A stretch of 64,000 nucleotides of DNA from Chloroflexota bacterium. Lineage in GTDB: Bacteria; Chloroflexota; Dehalococcoidia; Dehalococcoidales; UBA2162. Shown here piece by piece: positions 19,454 to 27,371 of this stretch (its first letter is position 1; the number at the start of each line of letters is the position of its first letter). The stretch spans positions 3,335 through 67,334 of the forward strand of contig JACPPR010000008.1 of assembly GCA_016190895.1 (NCBI GenBank), given 5' to 3'. The notes beneath the pieces were generated by a model. That model saw only the letters and a list, made by a program, of their open reading frames with translations. It was not told the DNA's origin and searched no databases. Position numbers and translations under genes: made by a program.

Positions 19454-19699
19454 ATGATGATGACAATCAAGTGCCCCAAGTGCGGTGTGGAGGGGAAGAT
19501 GTCTCTCATCGAACGGAATTATAAAGGCCCCTACAAGTGCTGGAGCTGCCGGGAATTGTTCACCATCGATATAGAGAGTAACGTGGTGGTTTCCTGCCAG
19601 CCTCTAAGCCAGGAAGAATACGAAAAAGCGCACCCGCCGAAACCGACCATCGATATGAATGTCGGGAATGCCAGAAATCTTGGCGGCAGACGCTACTAG
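19454..19699 (+). CDS. Small zinc-ribbon protein
   Basis: 81 aa. CPKCG...CWSC pairs. Confidence 0.5.
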   Translation: MMMTIKCPKCGVEGKMSLIERNYKGPYKCWSCRELFTIDIESNVVVSCQPLSQEEYEKAHPPKPTIDMNVGNARNLGGRRY

Positions 19700-19748
19700 T
19701 CCCAAGTTACATGGTTGACTATACGTATTTCCGCTCCCCTTGCGGGAG

Positions 19749-19815
19749 AGTCCCGATTCATCCCGATTTTATCGGGATTCATACGGGATTCCGTATGAGT
19801 GAAACGAATCGGAAG
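19749..19815. repeat. Nested-hairpin module (copy a) carrying an extra CCCGAT hairpin
   Basis: AGTCCCGATTCA-[TCCCGATTTTATCGGGAT]-TCATACGGGATTCCGTATGAGTGAAACGAATCGGAAG. Copy b at 25222-25275 lacks the bracketed insert. Confidence 0.8.
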
Positions 19816-19870
19816 ACTAAGGTGAGGGGTAATATCAATTCACCCTCATCCTTTCGGCAAACTCAGGGCA

Positions 19871-19950
19871 GGCTCTTTACAAAAGGGAGATACCTGCTGC
19901 TTGTGCTTTATACCCTTTTCCAAGTATCCCCCTTTGAAGAAGAGCCTGTC
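19871..19950. repeat. Degenerate AAAGGGAGA/CCCCCTTTGAA composite with outer inverted ends CAGGCTCTT...AAGAGCCTG
   Basis: Sequence similarity to 8040-8110 and 34581-34650. Confidence 0.6.
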
Positions 19951-19990
19951 CGAGGGTGTTTGACAACTAGCACGATAACCTAAGAATGCC

Positions 19991-20098
19991 GTCATTGCGA
20001 GCATAGCGAAGCAATCCGTGAAGCTGAAGACGGATTGCTTCGGGCGGAGTTTGCACTGACCCTGAACGTAGTGAAGGGGAATGTGCCCTCGCAATGAC
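19991..20098. repeat. 108-nt MITE-like element with 11-nt perfect terminal inverted repeats GTCATTGCGAG / CTCGCAATGAC
   Basis: It has an internal 12-bp hairpin, GAAGCAATCCGT-N10-ACGGATTGCTTC. Its right half matches 3520-3564. Confidence 0.7.
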
Positions 20099-20138
20099 GA
20101 CCGTAGTTAAACGCCCTCTGTCTCGTTCTTGACACCGG

Positions 20139-20187
20139 AGGGATAAAGGGGATTTGAGTTAATTTTTCTGGTTTCGCGGAAGACTGA
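20139..20187. repeat. Partial copy of the right end of the 34567-34697 composite
   Basis: GGATAAAGGGGATTTGAGTTAATTTTTCTGGTTTCGCGGAAGAC versus GGACTAAGGGGGATTTTGAGTTAAATCTTCTAGTTTCGCGGAAGAC. Confidence 0.7.
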
Positions 20188-20201
20188 CATCGGTTAAATA
20201 T

Positions 20202-20230
20202 TTGCTTTTTCCTCCGCATTCTGTTATACT
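20202..20230 (+). promoter_or_regulatory. Candidate promoter of the riboswitch-controlled corrinoid operon
   Basis: TTGCTT (20202-20207), 17-nt spacer, TATACT (20225-20230). Confidence 0.4.
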
Positions 20231-20251
20231 TTAGCTAAATTGAATATGTGT

Positions 20252-20452
20252 TCAGGGGTGTCCCGGTGCAAATCGGGACCCAACTGGAGAGCAATCCGGT
20301 GAAAGTCCGGAACGGCCGCGCCGCTGTAATCCCGATGTAAGATCGGGGAAAAGTCAGAACGCCAGCCCCTGATTTCTCTACAGTCTCCGCAGGGAGAGGT
20401 AGGATTTTTTGTTGAATCTTAATCCCCCTCAAGCGTAGAGGGGGATTTTTTA
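20252..20452 (+). ncRNA. Cobalamin (B12) riboswitch with terminator expression platform
   Basis: P1 is TCAGGGG (20252-58) paired with CCCCTGA (20366-72). The core is AATCCGGTGAAAGTCCGGAACGGCCGCGCCGCTGTAA and the B12 box is GAAAAGTCAGAACGCCAGCC. The terminator is AATCCCCCTC-AAGCGT-AGAGGGGGATT followed by TTTTTATT (20421-20452). Confidence 0.88.
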
Positions 20453-20479
20453 TTACGAAAACAATCGGGAGGTGAGAAA

Positions 20480-21265
20480 ATGGAAAAAGTTCCGCAGCGA
20501 ATCGTGTCTCTTGCCCCAAGTAATACTGAAATACTTTTTGCCTTAGGTCTGGGCGACAAGGTGGTAGGTGTTACCAGCTACTGTAATTACCCGGAAGAGG
20601 CGAAAAAGAGGGAAATCATAGGTGGTTTTGCTAATCCAAATCTTGAGAAAGTGATTGCTTTAAGACCAGACCTCATTCTAGCCTTCGGTGATTTGCAGAA
20701 GCCGTTGGTTCGTGAATTTAAAGAAAGGGGGCAAACGGTCTTCTGGACTTACCCGCATACTGTTGATGAGATTCTGGAGTCTTTCGAGAGAATCGGAGAA
20801 CTCACCGGCAAGGAAGCCGCTGCCCGACAATTAAGAAAGGATGTAGAAAAAAGGATTGAGACAGTGCAGGGAAGAGTCAAAAATATTCCCGAGCAAGAAA
20901 GGCCTACAGTATTTAGGGTACATTCAGGCCGCCCCCTTGGAACTATAGGCGGCCATGCTTTCCAGACGGGAGTGTACCGGCTTGCCGGGGGAAGGAATAT
21001 CTTTGCCGACACCAAGAAAGACTATTTTGAAGTCGACCTCGAAACCTTACTTAAGCTCGAGCCTGACATAATCGTTGTTGCCGGAGGGAACGAGATAGAA
21101 GCCAAAGCGAGGATAAGAAGTCTGGAGGGATTGGAAAATCTACACGCAATAAAGACGGGCAGAATAGTTGTCATCCCCGCCGAGCTAATCTGCCAAGCTG
21201 GTCCCCGTTTGGGCTTAGGGATTGAAAGGTTGGCTAGAGAATTCCACCCTGAGCGATTCCAGTAG
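20480..21265 (+). CDS. BtuF-like corrinoid/siderophore-type substrate-binding protein lacking any signal peptide
   Basis: 261 aa. It starts directly with the mature-domain motif RIVSLAPSNTEILFALG. The upstream sequence is the riboswitch terminator, so no longer ORF is possible. Confidence 0.8.
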   Translation: MEKVPQRIVSLAPSNTEILFALGLGDKVVGVTSYCNYPEEAKKREIIGGFANPNLEKVIALRPDLILAFGDLQKPLVREFKERGQTVFWTYPHTVDEILESFERIGELTGKEAAARQLRKDVEKRIETVQGRVKNIPEQERPTVFRVHSGRPLGTIGGHAFQTGVYRLAGGRNIFADTKKDYFEVDLETLLKLEPDIIVVAGGNEIEAKARIRSLEGLENLHAIKTGRIVVIPAELICQAGPRLGLGIERLAREFHPERFQ

Positions 21266-21329
21266 GGTGGATGTGCGAGAAAGCAATTTATTAAAGCCAG
21301 GCTGGCATTAGATTTCAGGAGAGAGAGTT

Positions 21330-22709
21330 TTGAAGGCAATAGTTATCGCCGGGACTGTTAGCGGCGTCGGCAAGACCACGATAACCACCGGGCTGATGGG
21401 GGCTTTGACCCGTCAAAAACTCAAGGTGCAGCCGTTTAAGACCGGGCCCGATTACATCGACCCGACTTATCATACATGGGTAACCGGAGTCGCCTCCCGG
21501 AACCTGGATACCTGGATGCTGTCCCATCAGGCGGTCGTTGAGCTATTCACACGTGCCGTGCAGGGCAAAGATATCGCCGTTATCGAAGGGGTGATGGGAC
21601 TCTATGACGGACGCTCCTCAAAAAGCGATGAGGCCAGCACGGCCGAGTTAGCCAAGCTGCTCGGTGTGCCGGTGCTGCTGGTAGTGGATTGCGGGAAAGG
21701 GGCGCGGAGCGTGGCGGCAACGGTTGCCGGGTACAAAGCCTTCGACCCGTCTCTCCATCTGGGCGGGGTTATCCTCAATGGCATCGGCAGCCCGGGGCAT
21801 CTCGAATTTTGTCAGGAAGCGATAGAACATTATACCGGCGTTAAGGTGCTGGGTCATCTGCCCCGCCGGGATGACCTCACGCTTCCGGAAAGGCACCTAG
21901 GCTTGATTCCGACAGTGGAAAGCCAAGCGAGCCAGGAGTTCCTGGAGCGCCTGATAGCTCAATGCGAAGCTACCTTCGATATTCCTGAGATATTGCGCGT
22001 GTCGGAGCAGGCAGCGGTTCGGGAAGCCGGGCCGTCGCTGTTTCCTCGTGTCAAGAAGCCGCCGGTAGTGAGCATCGGGGTGGCAAGAGACAAAGCTTTC
22101 AGTTTTTACTACGAGGACAGCCTGGACTTGTTGGAGGCTTGGGGGGCCGAAATAGCGCCTTTCAGTCCCCTAGAGGATACCGGTTTGCCCGAGGGTGTCT
22201 CCGGCATCTATATCGGGGGCGGCTTCCCCGAGTTGTACGCTGAGCAGCTAGCTACCAACATACCTATGAAAAACGCCGTTATCGCCGCAGTTAAGCGAGG
22301 GATGCCTGTCTATGCGGAGTGCGGCGGCCTGATGTACCTGGGTGAAAGTATCAGCGACCTGAAGGGGAAAGAGCATTCGATGGTAGGCGCCATACCCGTT
22401 TCCACCCGAATCGATAAGCCACGGCTTAGTTTAGGCTACCGGACCGTTCAGGCTCTCGCCGATGGCCCGGTCTTGCGCCAAGGGGAGATTGCCCGCGGCC
22501 ACGAGTTTCACTGGTCGGTGCTGCAGGCCAGCGCCGGCTCGCCAAACGCGTACCGGATTACAGATAGAGGCGAAAGCATCGAGGGGTTCCAGCAAGGCAA
22601 TCTGCTGGCTTCCTATATTCACTTTCATTTGGGCGCTTTACCCTCGATGACAGGACGCTTGATAGACTGCTGTCTCAAGTTCAGGGAAATGAGAAATTCA
22701 TCGTTGTGA
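21330..22709 (+). CDS. cbiA: Cobyrinate a,c-diamide synthase
   Basis: 459 aa with a TTG start after CAGGAGAGAGAG. P-loop GTVSGVGKT, a GPDYIDP motif and a C-terminal GATase (ECGGLMYL). Confidence 0.88.
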   Translation: MKAIVIAGTVSGVGKTTITTGLMGALTRQKLKVQPFKTGPDYIDPTYHTWVTGVASRNLDTWMLSHQAVVELFTRAVQGKDIAVIEGVMGLYDGRSSKSDEASTAELAKLLGVPVLLVVDCGKGARSVAATVAGYKAFDPSLHLGGVILNGIGSPGHLEFCQEAIEHYTGVKVLGHLPRRDDLTLPERHLGLIPTVESQASQEFLERLIAQCEATFDIPEILRVSEQAAVREAGPSLFPRVKKPPVVSIGVARDKAFSFYYEDSLDLLEAWGAEIAPFSPLEDTGLPEGVSGIYIGGGFPELYAEQLATNIPMKNAVIAAVKRGMPVYAECGGLMYLGESISDLKGKEHSMVGAIPVSTRIDKPRLSLGYRTVQALADGPVLRQGEIARGHEFHWSVLQASAGSPNAYRITDRGESIEGFQQGNLLASYIHFHLGALPSMTGRLIDCCLKFREMRNSSL

Positions 22710-22770
22710 GAATGGTTTGGATGAAAGGATGAAAAGGATGAGAAAGGAATTAGTTGGAGGAAGGAAAAGG

Positions 22771-23826
22771 ATGAAGAATGGATTTGGGAAACTGATGGTC
22801 TTTGGTTTGAGTCTGGCTCTCGGATTAAGTCTACTGGCGGGCTGTGCGGCACCGGCCGGGACAGCGCCACAATCACCGGCGCCCGCTGCGCCAGCTACGG
22901 CGACTCCCGCGCCGGCCGTGCCAACTCCTGTGGCGTCGGCTCCGGTGACACCAACCCCAGCCGCACCACCGGCTGTAGCGCCGGCTCCGGTAGCGTCATT
23001 TCCGATGGAGATTACAGACCAACTGGGCAGGGTGGTCACAATAAAGAAAGCTCCGCAGAGAATTATTTCCATCGCACCGAGCGACACTGAGATAATCTTT
23101 GCTCTCGGGCTGGGCGATATGGTAGTCGGCGTCGACCAGTATTCCGATTATCCCGCCGAGGCTAAGACAAAAACTAATCTGGGAGGTTACACTAATCCGA
23201 GCATTGAGAAAATAGTGGCCCTTAACCCTGACCTGATACTGGTAACCCGCGTTCACGAGGCTAAGGTTATCCCCGTGCTGGAATCGATGCACTACCCCGT
23301 GTTGGGACTGGACCCCAAGACAGTCGATGAGGTGCTGACCGCTATTAACCTCGTCGGCAAGATTACCGGCAAGAACCGGGAGGCTGCCGACCTGACGGCC
23401 AGCCTGCAAAAGAGGATTGGCGCGGTGACGGACAAGACGAATAAGCTGAACGAATCCCAACGGCCAAAGACTTTTTACATCGTCTGGCCCGACCCGTTGA
23501 TGTCATCCGGTAATGGTACGTTCCAGGCTGACCTGATTCAAAAGGCCGGAGGCACTAACATTGCGCAAAATCTCGAAGGGTGGAAGACAATCAGCTTAGA
23601 GGCCGTCATCACGGCCAATCCCGAGGTGATGATTGCCGGCAGCATGGCTAATGCGAATACGAATTTGCAGTTCATCAAGACGGAGCCGAGGTTGGCCAAT
23701 ACGGATGCCCGCCGGCTTGGCAAAGTCTATGAGGTGGATGGTAATCTGATTAGCCGCCCCGGGCCGAGGCTGGTGGACGCCCTTGAGGAGTTTGCCAGGA
23801 CGCTCCACCCGGAGCTGTTTAAGTAG
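22771..23826 (+). CDS. btuF: BtuF-like corrinoid-binding lipoprotein with a long Pro/Ala/Thr linker
   Basis: The ATG at 22771 follows GGAGGAAGGAAAAGG. Lipobox LLAGC, a roughly 55-aa P/A-rich linker, then the RIISIAPSDTEIIFALG domain. The track start is 22717. Confidence 0.85.
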   Translation: MKNGFGKLMVFGLSLALGLSLLAGCAAPAGTAPQSPAPAAPATATPAPAVPTPVASAPVTPTPAAPPAVAPAPVASFPMEITDQLGRVVTIKKAPQRIISIAPSDTEIIFALGLGDMVVGVDQYSDYPAEAKTKTNLGGYTNPSIEKIVALNPDLILVTRVHEAKVIPVLESMHYPVLGLDPKTVDEVLTAINLVGKITGKNREAADLTASLQKRIGAVTDKTNKLNESQRPKTFYIVWPDPLMSSGNGTFQADLIQKAGGTNIAQNLEGWKTISLEAVITANPEVMIAGSMANANTNLQFIKTEPRLANTDARRLGKVYEVDGNLISRPGPRLVDALEEFARTLHPELFK

Positions 23827-23847
23827 GGGCGTCCACTGCGGTCGCCC

Positions 23848-23985
23848 AGGGGCAGGCACAGGGGCCTGCCCCTACGGCGTGCGTGGTTTAGAGTGAGTTT
23901 CACCCTCATCCTAACCTTCCCCCCTCAAGGGGGAAGGTTAGGATGATGTCCTCTCCCTTGAAGGGAGAGGACTAAGGTGAGGTGA
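23848..23985. repeat. Three hairpin modules between btuF and btuC
   Basis: GGGGCAGGC..GCCTGCCCC; CTAACCTTCCCCCCTCAAGGGGGAAGGTTAG; CCTCTCCCTTGAAGGGAGAGG; flanked by CACCCTCA / GGTGAGGTG. Confidence 0.8.
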
Positions 23986-24041
23986 CGCGACAAGTTAAGA
24001 TATTCGTCACTCACCATAAGGAAGGGTAGGGAGTAAGTTTA

Positions 24042-25139
24042 TTGGTAATGTCTTCTAATCAGGTTAAACCGCCTCGAATAGAACCGGCAGTGCCAGTCCG
24101 TTTACCGCACCGGCGCCGGCGTGCCTTCGGCATTCTGGGGCTATTGCTGGTATTGGGCGTAGTAGGCGCCTTTGCCACCGCTGTCGGCAGCGTGCAGATA
24201 CCGTTCCTGACCATCTTACAGGTGATGTTCTCAAAGCTACCTCTGGTCGGTATAACGCCAAACTGGCCGGAGACTACGGAGACGATAGTGCTGGCGATAC
24301 GCCTGCCCAGAGTAATTCTGGCTGGCCTGGTGGGGGCGGCGCTATCTCTGGCCGGGGCGACCTACCAGGGGCTGTTCCGTAATCCGCTGGCCGACCCCTA
24401 TCTTATCGGGGTGGCTCAGGGGGCTGCCCTGGGCGCTGTCACCGGCTTCTTGTTTCCCTTCGACTGGCCGGGAATCGGGGTCGGCATTATTCCTTTTCTG
24501 GCTTTTATCGGGGCAGTGCTTAGCGTAGCGATTGTCTACCTGCTGGCCCGGGTGGGTAAGACACTGCCGGTAACCACTCTCATCCTGGCTGGGGTAGCTC
24601 TGGGCGCCCTCTTCGGCTCGATAGTATCTTTCCTGGTTATCACCAGCGGCCAGGCGATGCAAGGCATTATCTTCTGGCTGATGGGCAGCTTCTCTCTGAG
24701 CAAGTGGTCGGAAGTACAGGTAATCTTGCCTTATGTAGCTGTAGGGGTGGTTGTGATTCTCCTTTATAGCCGACCCCTTAATGTGATGCAGCTCGATGAG
24801 GAGCAGGCTCAGCAGCTTGGCATCAATGTAGAGAGGGTTAAGTTAATTCTGCTGATAGCGGCTACCCTGATTACGGCGGCGGCGGTGTCTTTCGTAGGCA
24901 CTATCGGCTTCGTCGGCATCATTATTCCTCACGTAGTGCGGCTGATATGGGGCCCCGACAATCGTATCCTGCTGCCGATGTCTGTGCTGACCGGAGCCAT
25001 TTTTATGGTAAGTGCCGACCTGGTTGCTCGCACCCTGCTGTCACCTATGGAGTTGCCGGTGGGCATAGTTACCGCTGTTTGCGGAGCGCCCTTTTTCCTG
25101 TATCTTTTGAGGCGGAAGAAGCGGGCGGTGTTTTTCTAA
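24042..25139 (+). CDS. btuC: FecCD/BtuC-family ABC permease
   Basis: 365 aa, about 9-10 TM helices, typical FecCD C-terminal motif VGIVTAVCGAPFFLYLL. Start is TTG 24042 or ATG 24048. Confidence 0.88.
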   Translation: MVMSSNQVKPPRIEPAVPVRLPHRRRRAFGILGLLLVLGVVGAFATAVGSVQIPFLTILQVMFSKLPLVGITPNWPETTETIVLAIRLPRVILAGLVGAALSLAGATYQGLFRNPLADPYLIGVAQGAALGAVTGFLFPFDWPGIGVGIIPFLAFIGAVLSVAIVYLLARVGKTLPVTTLILAGVALGALFGSIVSFLVITSGQAMQGIIFWLMGSFSLSKWSEVQVILPYVAVGVVVILLYSRPLNVMQLDEEQAQQLGINVERVKLILLIAATLITAAAVSFVGTIGFVGIIIPHVVRLIWGPDNRILLPMSVLTGAIFMVSADLVARTLLSPMELPVGIVTAVCGAPFFLYLLRRKKRAVFF

Positions 25140-25156
25140 GGAGAGACAAGCGGACG

Positions 25157-25275
25157 TCTCCTTTTTCAAAGGGGGATACCTGGAAACAAGGGTCGGCGAC
25201 AAAGGCATCTCCCTTTCGTAAAGTCCCGATTCACTTCGTTCATACGGGATTCCGTATGAGTGTAACGAATCGGAA
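25157..25275. repeat. Degenerate AAAGGGGGA/AAAGGGAGA composite fused to nested-hairpin module copy b, between btuC and btuD
   Basis: 25222-25275 matches 19749-19815 minus the inserted CCCGAT hairpin. Confidence 0.8.
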
Positions 25276-25297
25276 GGATAATGAGAGGGATTTACTC

Positions 25298-26098
25298 GTG
25301 ATTAAGCTGGAAGCGGAGAAACTGAGTCTAGCCTATAACCACAGCGTGGTGGTGAAAGAGCTTACTTTTCAGGTGGCGCCGGGGGAGATGCTGGGGCTTA
25401 TCGGCCCCAACGGCTCGGGCAAGTCGACCGTCATTAAGGCATTCAGCCACGTCATTCTCCCGCGTTCGGGCAAGATACTCATCGATGGCAAAGACATCGC
25501 CAGGATTCCTCGCCCGGAGTTAGCCCGCCTGATTGGGGTCGTCCCCCAGATGCCGCTCCTGCCGAGCACTTTTACTGCCTTCGAGATAGTGCTGATGGGC
25601 AGGACCCCGCACCTGGGTCTTTTCCAGACGGAAGGGACACGAGATATGGAAATTAGCTGGCAGGCAATGGGGCGGACGAATACCCAATCTCTAGCCGAAC
25701 GTAAGGTGGGCGAGCTTTCCGGCGGTGAAATCCAGCGTCTGGTGATTGCCCGGGTCCTTACCCAGCAACCGAAAGCAATCTTGCTGGATGAGCCGACCTC
25801 CAATCTGGACATCAATCACCAGGTAGAAATCCTCGACCTGATTAAGAGCCTGTGCCGGGAGGATAATCAGACCGTGGTGATTACTCTGCATGACCTGAAC
25901 CTGGCGGCGCAGTATTGCGACCGCTTACTATTACTGAAAAACGGGCAATTACACGCCCAGGGCACGCCCGCCGAGGTCATCAACGCTAAAAATATCGAAG
26001 AGGTCTACGGCGCCGAGGGCTGCGTCTACGCCCACCCGGTGAACGGCCTGCCCACCGTTCTTCTCCAGGCGGGGAACCGGAGGAACGGGAAAAAGTAA
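25298..26098 (+). CDS. btuD: ABC transporter ATP-binding protein (BtuD/FepC type)
   Basis: Walker A GPNGSGKST, signature LSGGEIQR, Walker B ILLDEPTS. A GTG at 25298 gives VIKLEAEKLSLAY. The track ORF (24947) runs backwards through the repeat and the btuC 3' end. Confidence 0.85.
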   Translation: MIKLEAEKLSLAYNHSVVVKELTFQVAPGEMLGLIGPNGSGKSTVIKAFSHVILPRSGKILIDGKDIARIPRPELARLIGVVPQMPLLPSTFTAFEIVLMGRTPHLGLFQTEGTRDMEISWQAMGRTNTQSLAERKVGELSGGEIQRLVIARVLTQQPKAILLDEPTSNLDINHQVEILDLIKSLCREDNQTVVITLHDLNLAAQYCDRLLLLKNGQLHAQGTPAEVINAKNIEEVYGAEGCVYAHPVNGLPTVLLQAGNRRNGKK

Positions 26099-26112
26099 GG
26101 ACAGTTCGTGCA

Positions 26113-26141
26113 TTGAGGGCCTGGCCCGAAAAGAGTAGAAT
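26113..26141 (+). promoter_or_regulatory. Candidate promoter of the AT-richer island
   Basis: TTGAGG (26113-18), 17-nt spacer, TAGAAT (26136-41). Confidence 0.4.
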
Positions 26142-26206
26142 AGTGACGATAGAAGACGGCGCATCATTTGCAACCGACCGAGCGCACCGTCTGGAGGGGG
26201 AACCAG

Positions 26207-26395
26207 ATGCGACAACAAGATGAATTAGTGTTCTCGATAACTCTGGAAGACCTGCAACACGAAGCAATAGAAATGATGGGAAGAACCCTGACGGAGGAAG
26301 AAGTCGAAATTGCTAAAGACGGGTTGTATGAAGGGTTGCGATTTGATATTGATACTGTTTATAGAGCTATCTTCTTTGAAATGATAACGAGATAA
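26207..26395 (+). CDS. Small acidic hypothetical protein (62 aa)
   Basis: The ATG at 26207 lies 6 nt after GGAGGGGG. The protein is rich in D/E (EEEVEIAKDGLYEGLRFDIDT). The stop lies 5 nt before the next gene. I recognise no family. Confidence 0.5.
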   Translation: MRQQDELVFSITLEDLQHEAIEMMGRTLTEEEVEIAKDGLYEGLRFDIDTVYRAIFFEMITR

Positions 26396-26400
26396 AATCT

Positions 26401-27330
26401 ATGGCGAGACAGTTAAGCCCATCGGACCAATTAGCGTCTCTTTTCCTCGAGAAAGCAAAAGAGTTACAGGCGAGTGTTGAACCGATAAAGGTTCTGAGGT
26501 CAAGGACTTTCCACATCGGTGAAGCTAATGTCCTAGTCCGTGCTTCAACGGACGGCAACAAAAGGTACTTTTTCGGGATAAATTACATTACCGTAGAAGA
26601 AATGGCAAACCTTGATAATCCGTTTATTGCTTTCATTTGTGGCTCGATTGATAAAGTCGTGATTATCCCCGCAAGGATTCTTTTCAAACATCTTCCACAA
26701 ATCAGCCATGACAGAAATGGCGAATACAAAGTAAACATTGATAAAGAACTAAACATCGTTTTGGCTGGACGAAACAACCGTATTGATTGCGGTGGGTTCA
26801 TTAACAATTGGAACATACTTTTATCTCCGCCCAAAATAAATGAAGCAGCAAAGAATACCGTCGAGGAAAGCTTGCATTCGGTTATACAAGGCCGTCTTCT
26901 GGAAATTGGGAATATTCGTGGCTATCAGACTTACTGTCCTAATAAGTCGAAGTTATTCAACGAAATGAGGTTGGAAGAAATATCAACGCTTCAAACTTGT
27001 CCTCAACTACAGTTCTCAGACTACGACTTGCTTCGGCAAATAGACGTGCTTTGGTTCAAATACCGTGGAAGGAATTATGTCCCCGAATCTGCCTTCGAAG
27101 TTGAGTTGTCCACGGGTGTTTGGTCAGGCGTAGGTCGCATGGGAACGCTAGTCGATTATGAGAGCGTGAAGTTCTACGTAATTGCTAACGATCCACGAAA
27201 GTACAATCAGGTTATCAATTCAATTTCAGAGCACAAAGAGCGATATCGGTTTATCGCTAATGATTCAGTTGGGCAACTCTATTCAGCAGAAAAGAATTTG
27301 ATAGAATTACGAACTGATATCGGCTTGTAG
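26401..27330 (+). CDS. Hypothetical two-domain protein with a C-terminal half resembling a PD-(D/E)XK restriction-endonuclease-like fold
   Basis: 309 aa with AT-rich codon usage. The C-terminal half shows H-x2-IQ-x2-LLEIG...QIDVLWF...SAFEVELSTG, which fits an acidic-residue/E-x-E core pattern (inference). The N-terminal domain is unassigned. Confidence 0.55.
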   Translation: MARQLSPSDQLASLFLEKAKELQASVEPIKVLRSRTFHIGEANVLVRASTDGNKRYFFGINYITVEEMANLDNPFIAFICGSIDKVVIIPARILFKHLPQISHDRNGEYKVNIDKELNIVLAGRNNRIDCGGFINNWNILLSPPKINEAAKNTVEESLHSVIQGRLLEIGNIRGYQTYCPNKSKLFNEMRLEEISTLQTCPQLQFSDYDLLRQIDVLWFKYRGRNYVPESAFEVELSTGVWSGVGRMGTLVDYESVKFYVIANDPRKYNQVINSISEHKERYRFIANDSVGQLYSAEKNLIELRTDIGL

Positions 27331-27371
27331 AAGTTCATACCCTCAATCCTGAACCTTCTGCTAGGTGGACG

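Noticed and set aside
19711-20519. Four ORFs of 75-94 aa (19711-19983 +, 19846-20094 -, 19992-20219 -, 20235-20519 -)
   Set aside because: They are translations of repeat modules and of the cobalamin riboswitch. The same peptide fragments recur wherever the repeats recur.
22698-23087. 129-aa minus-strand Ala/Gly-rich ORF
   Set aside because: It is antisense to the Pro/Ala/Thr linker of the BtuF lipoprotein, a low-complexity mirror image.
24947-25297. 117-codon N-terminal extension of the btuD ORF
   Set aside because: It overlaps the btuC 3' end in another frame and then reads through the intergenic repeat. ABC ATPase homology starts at about 25298.
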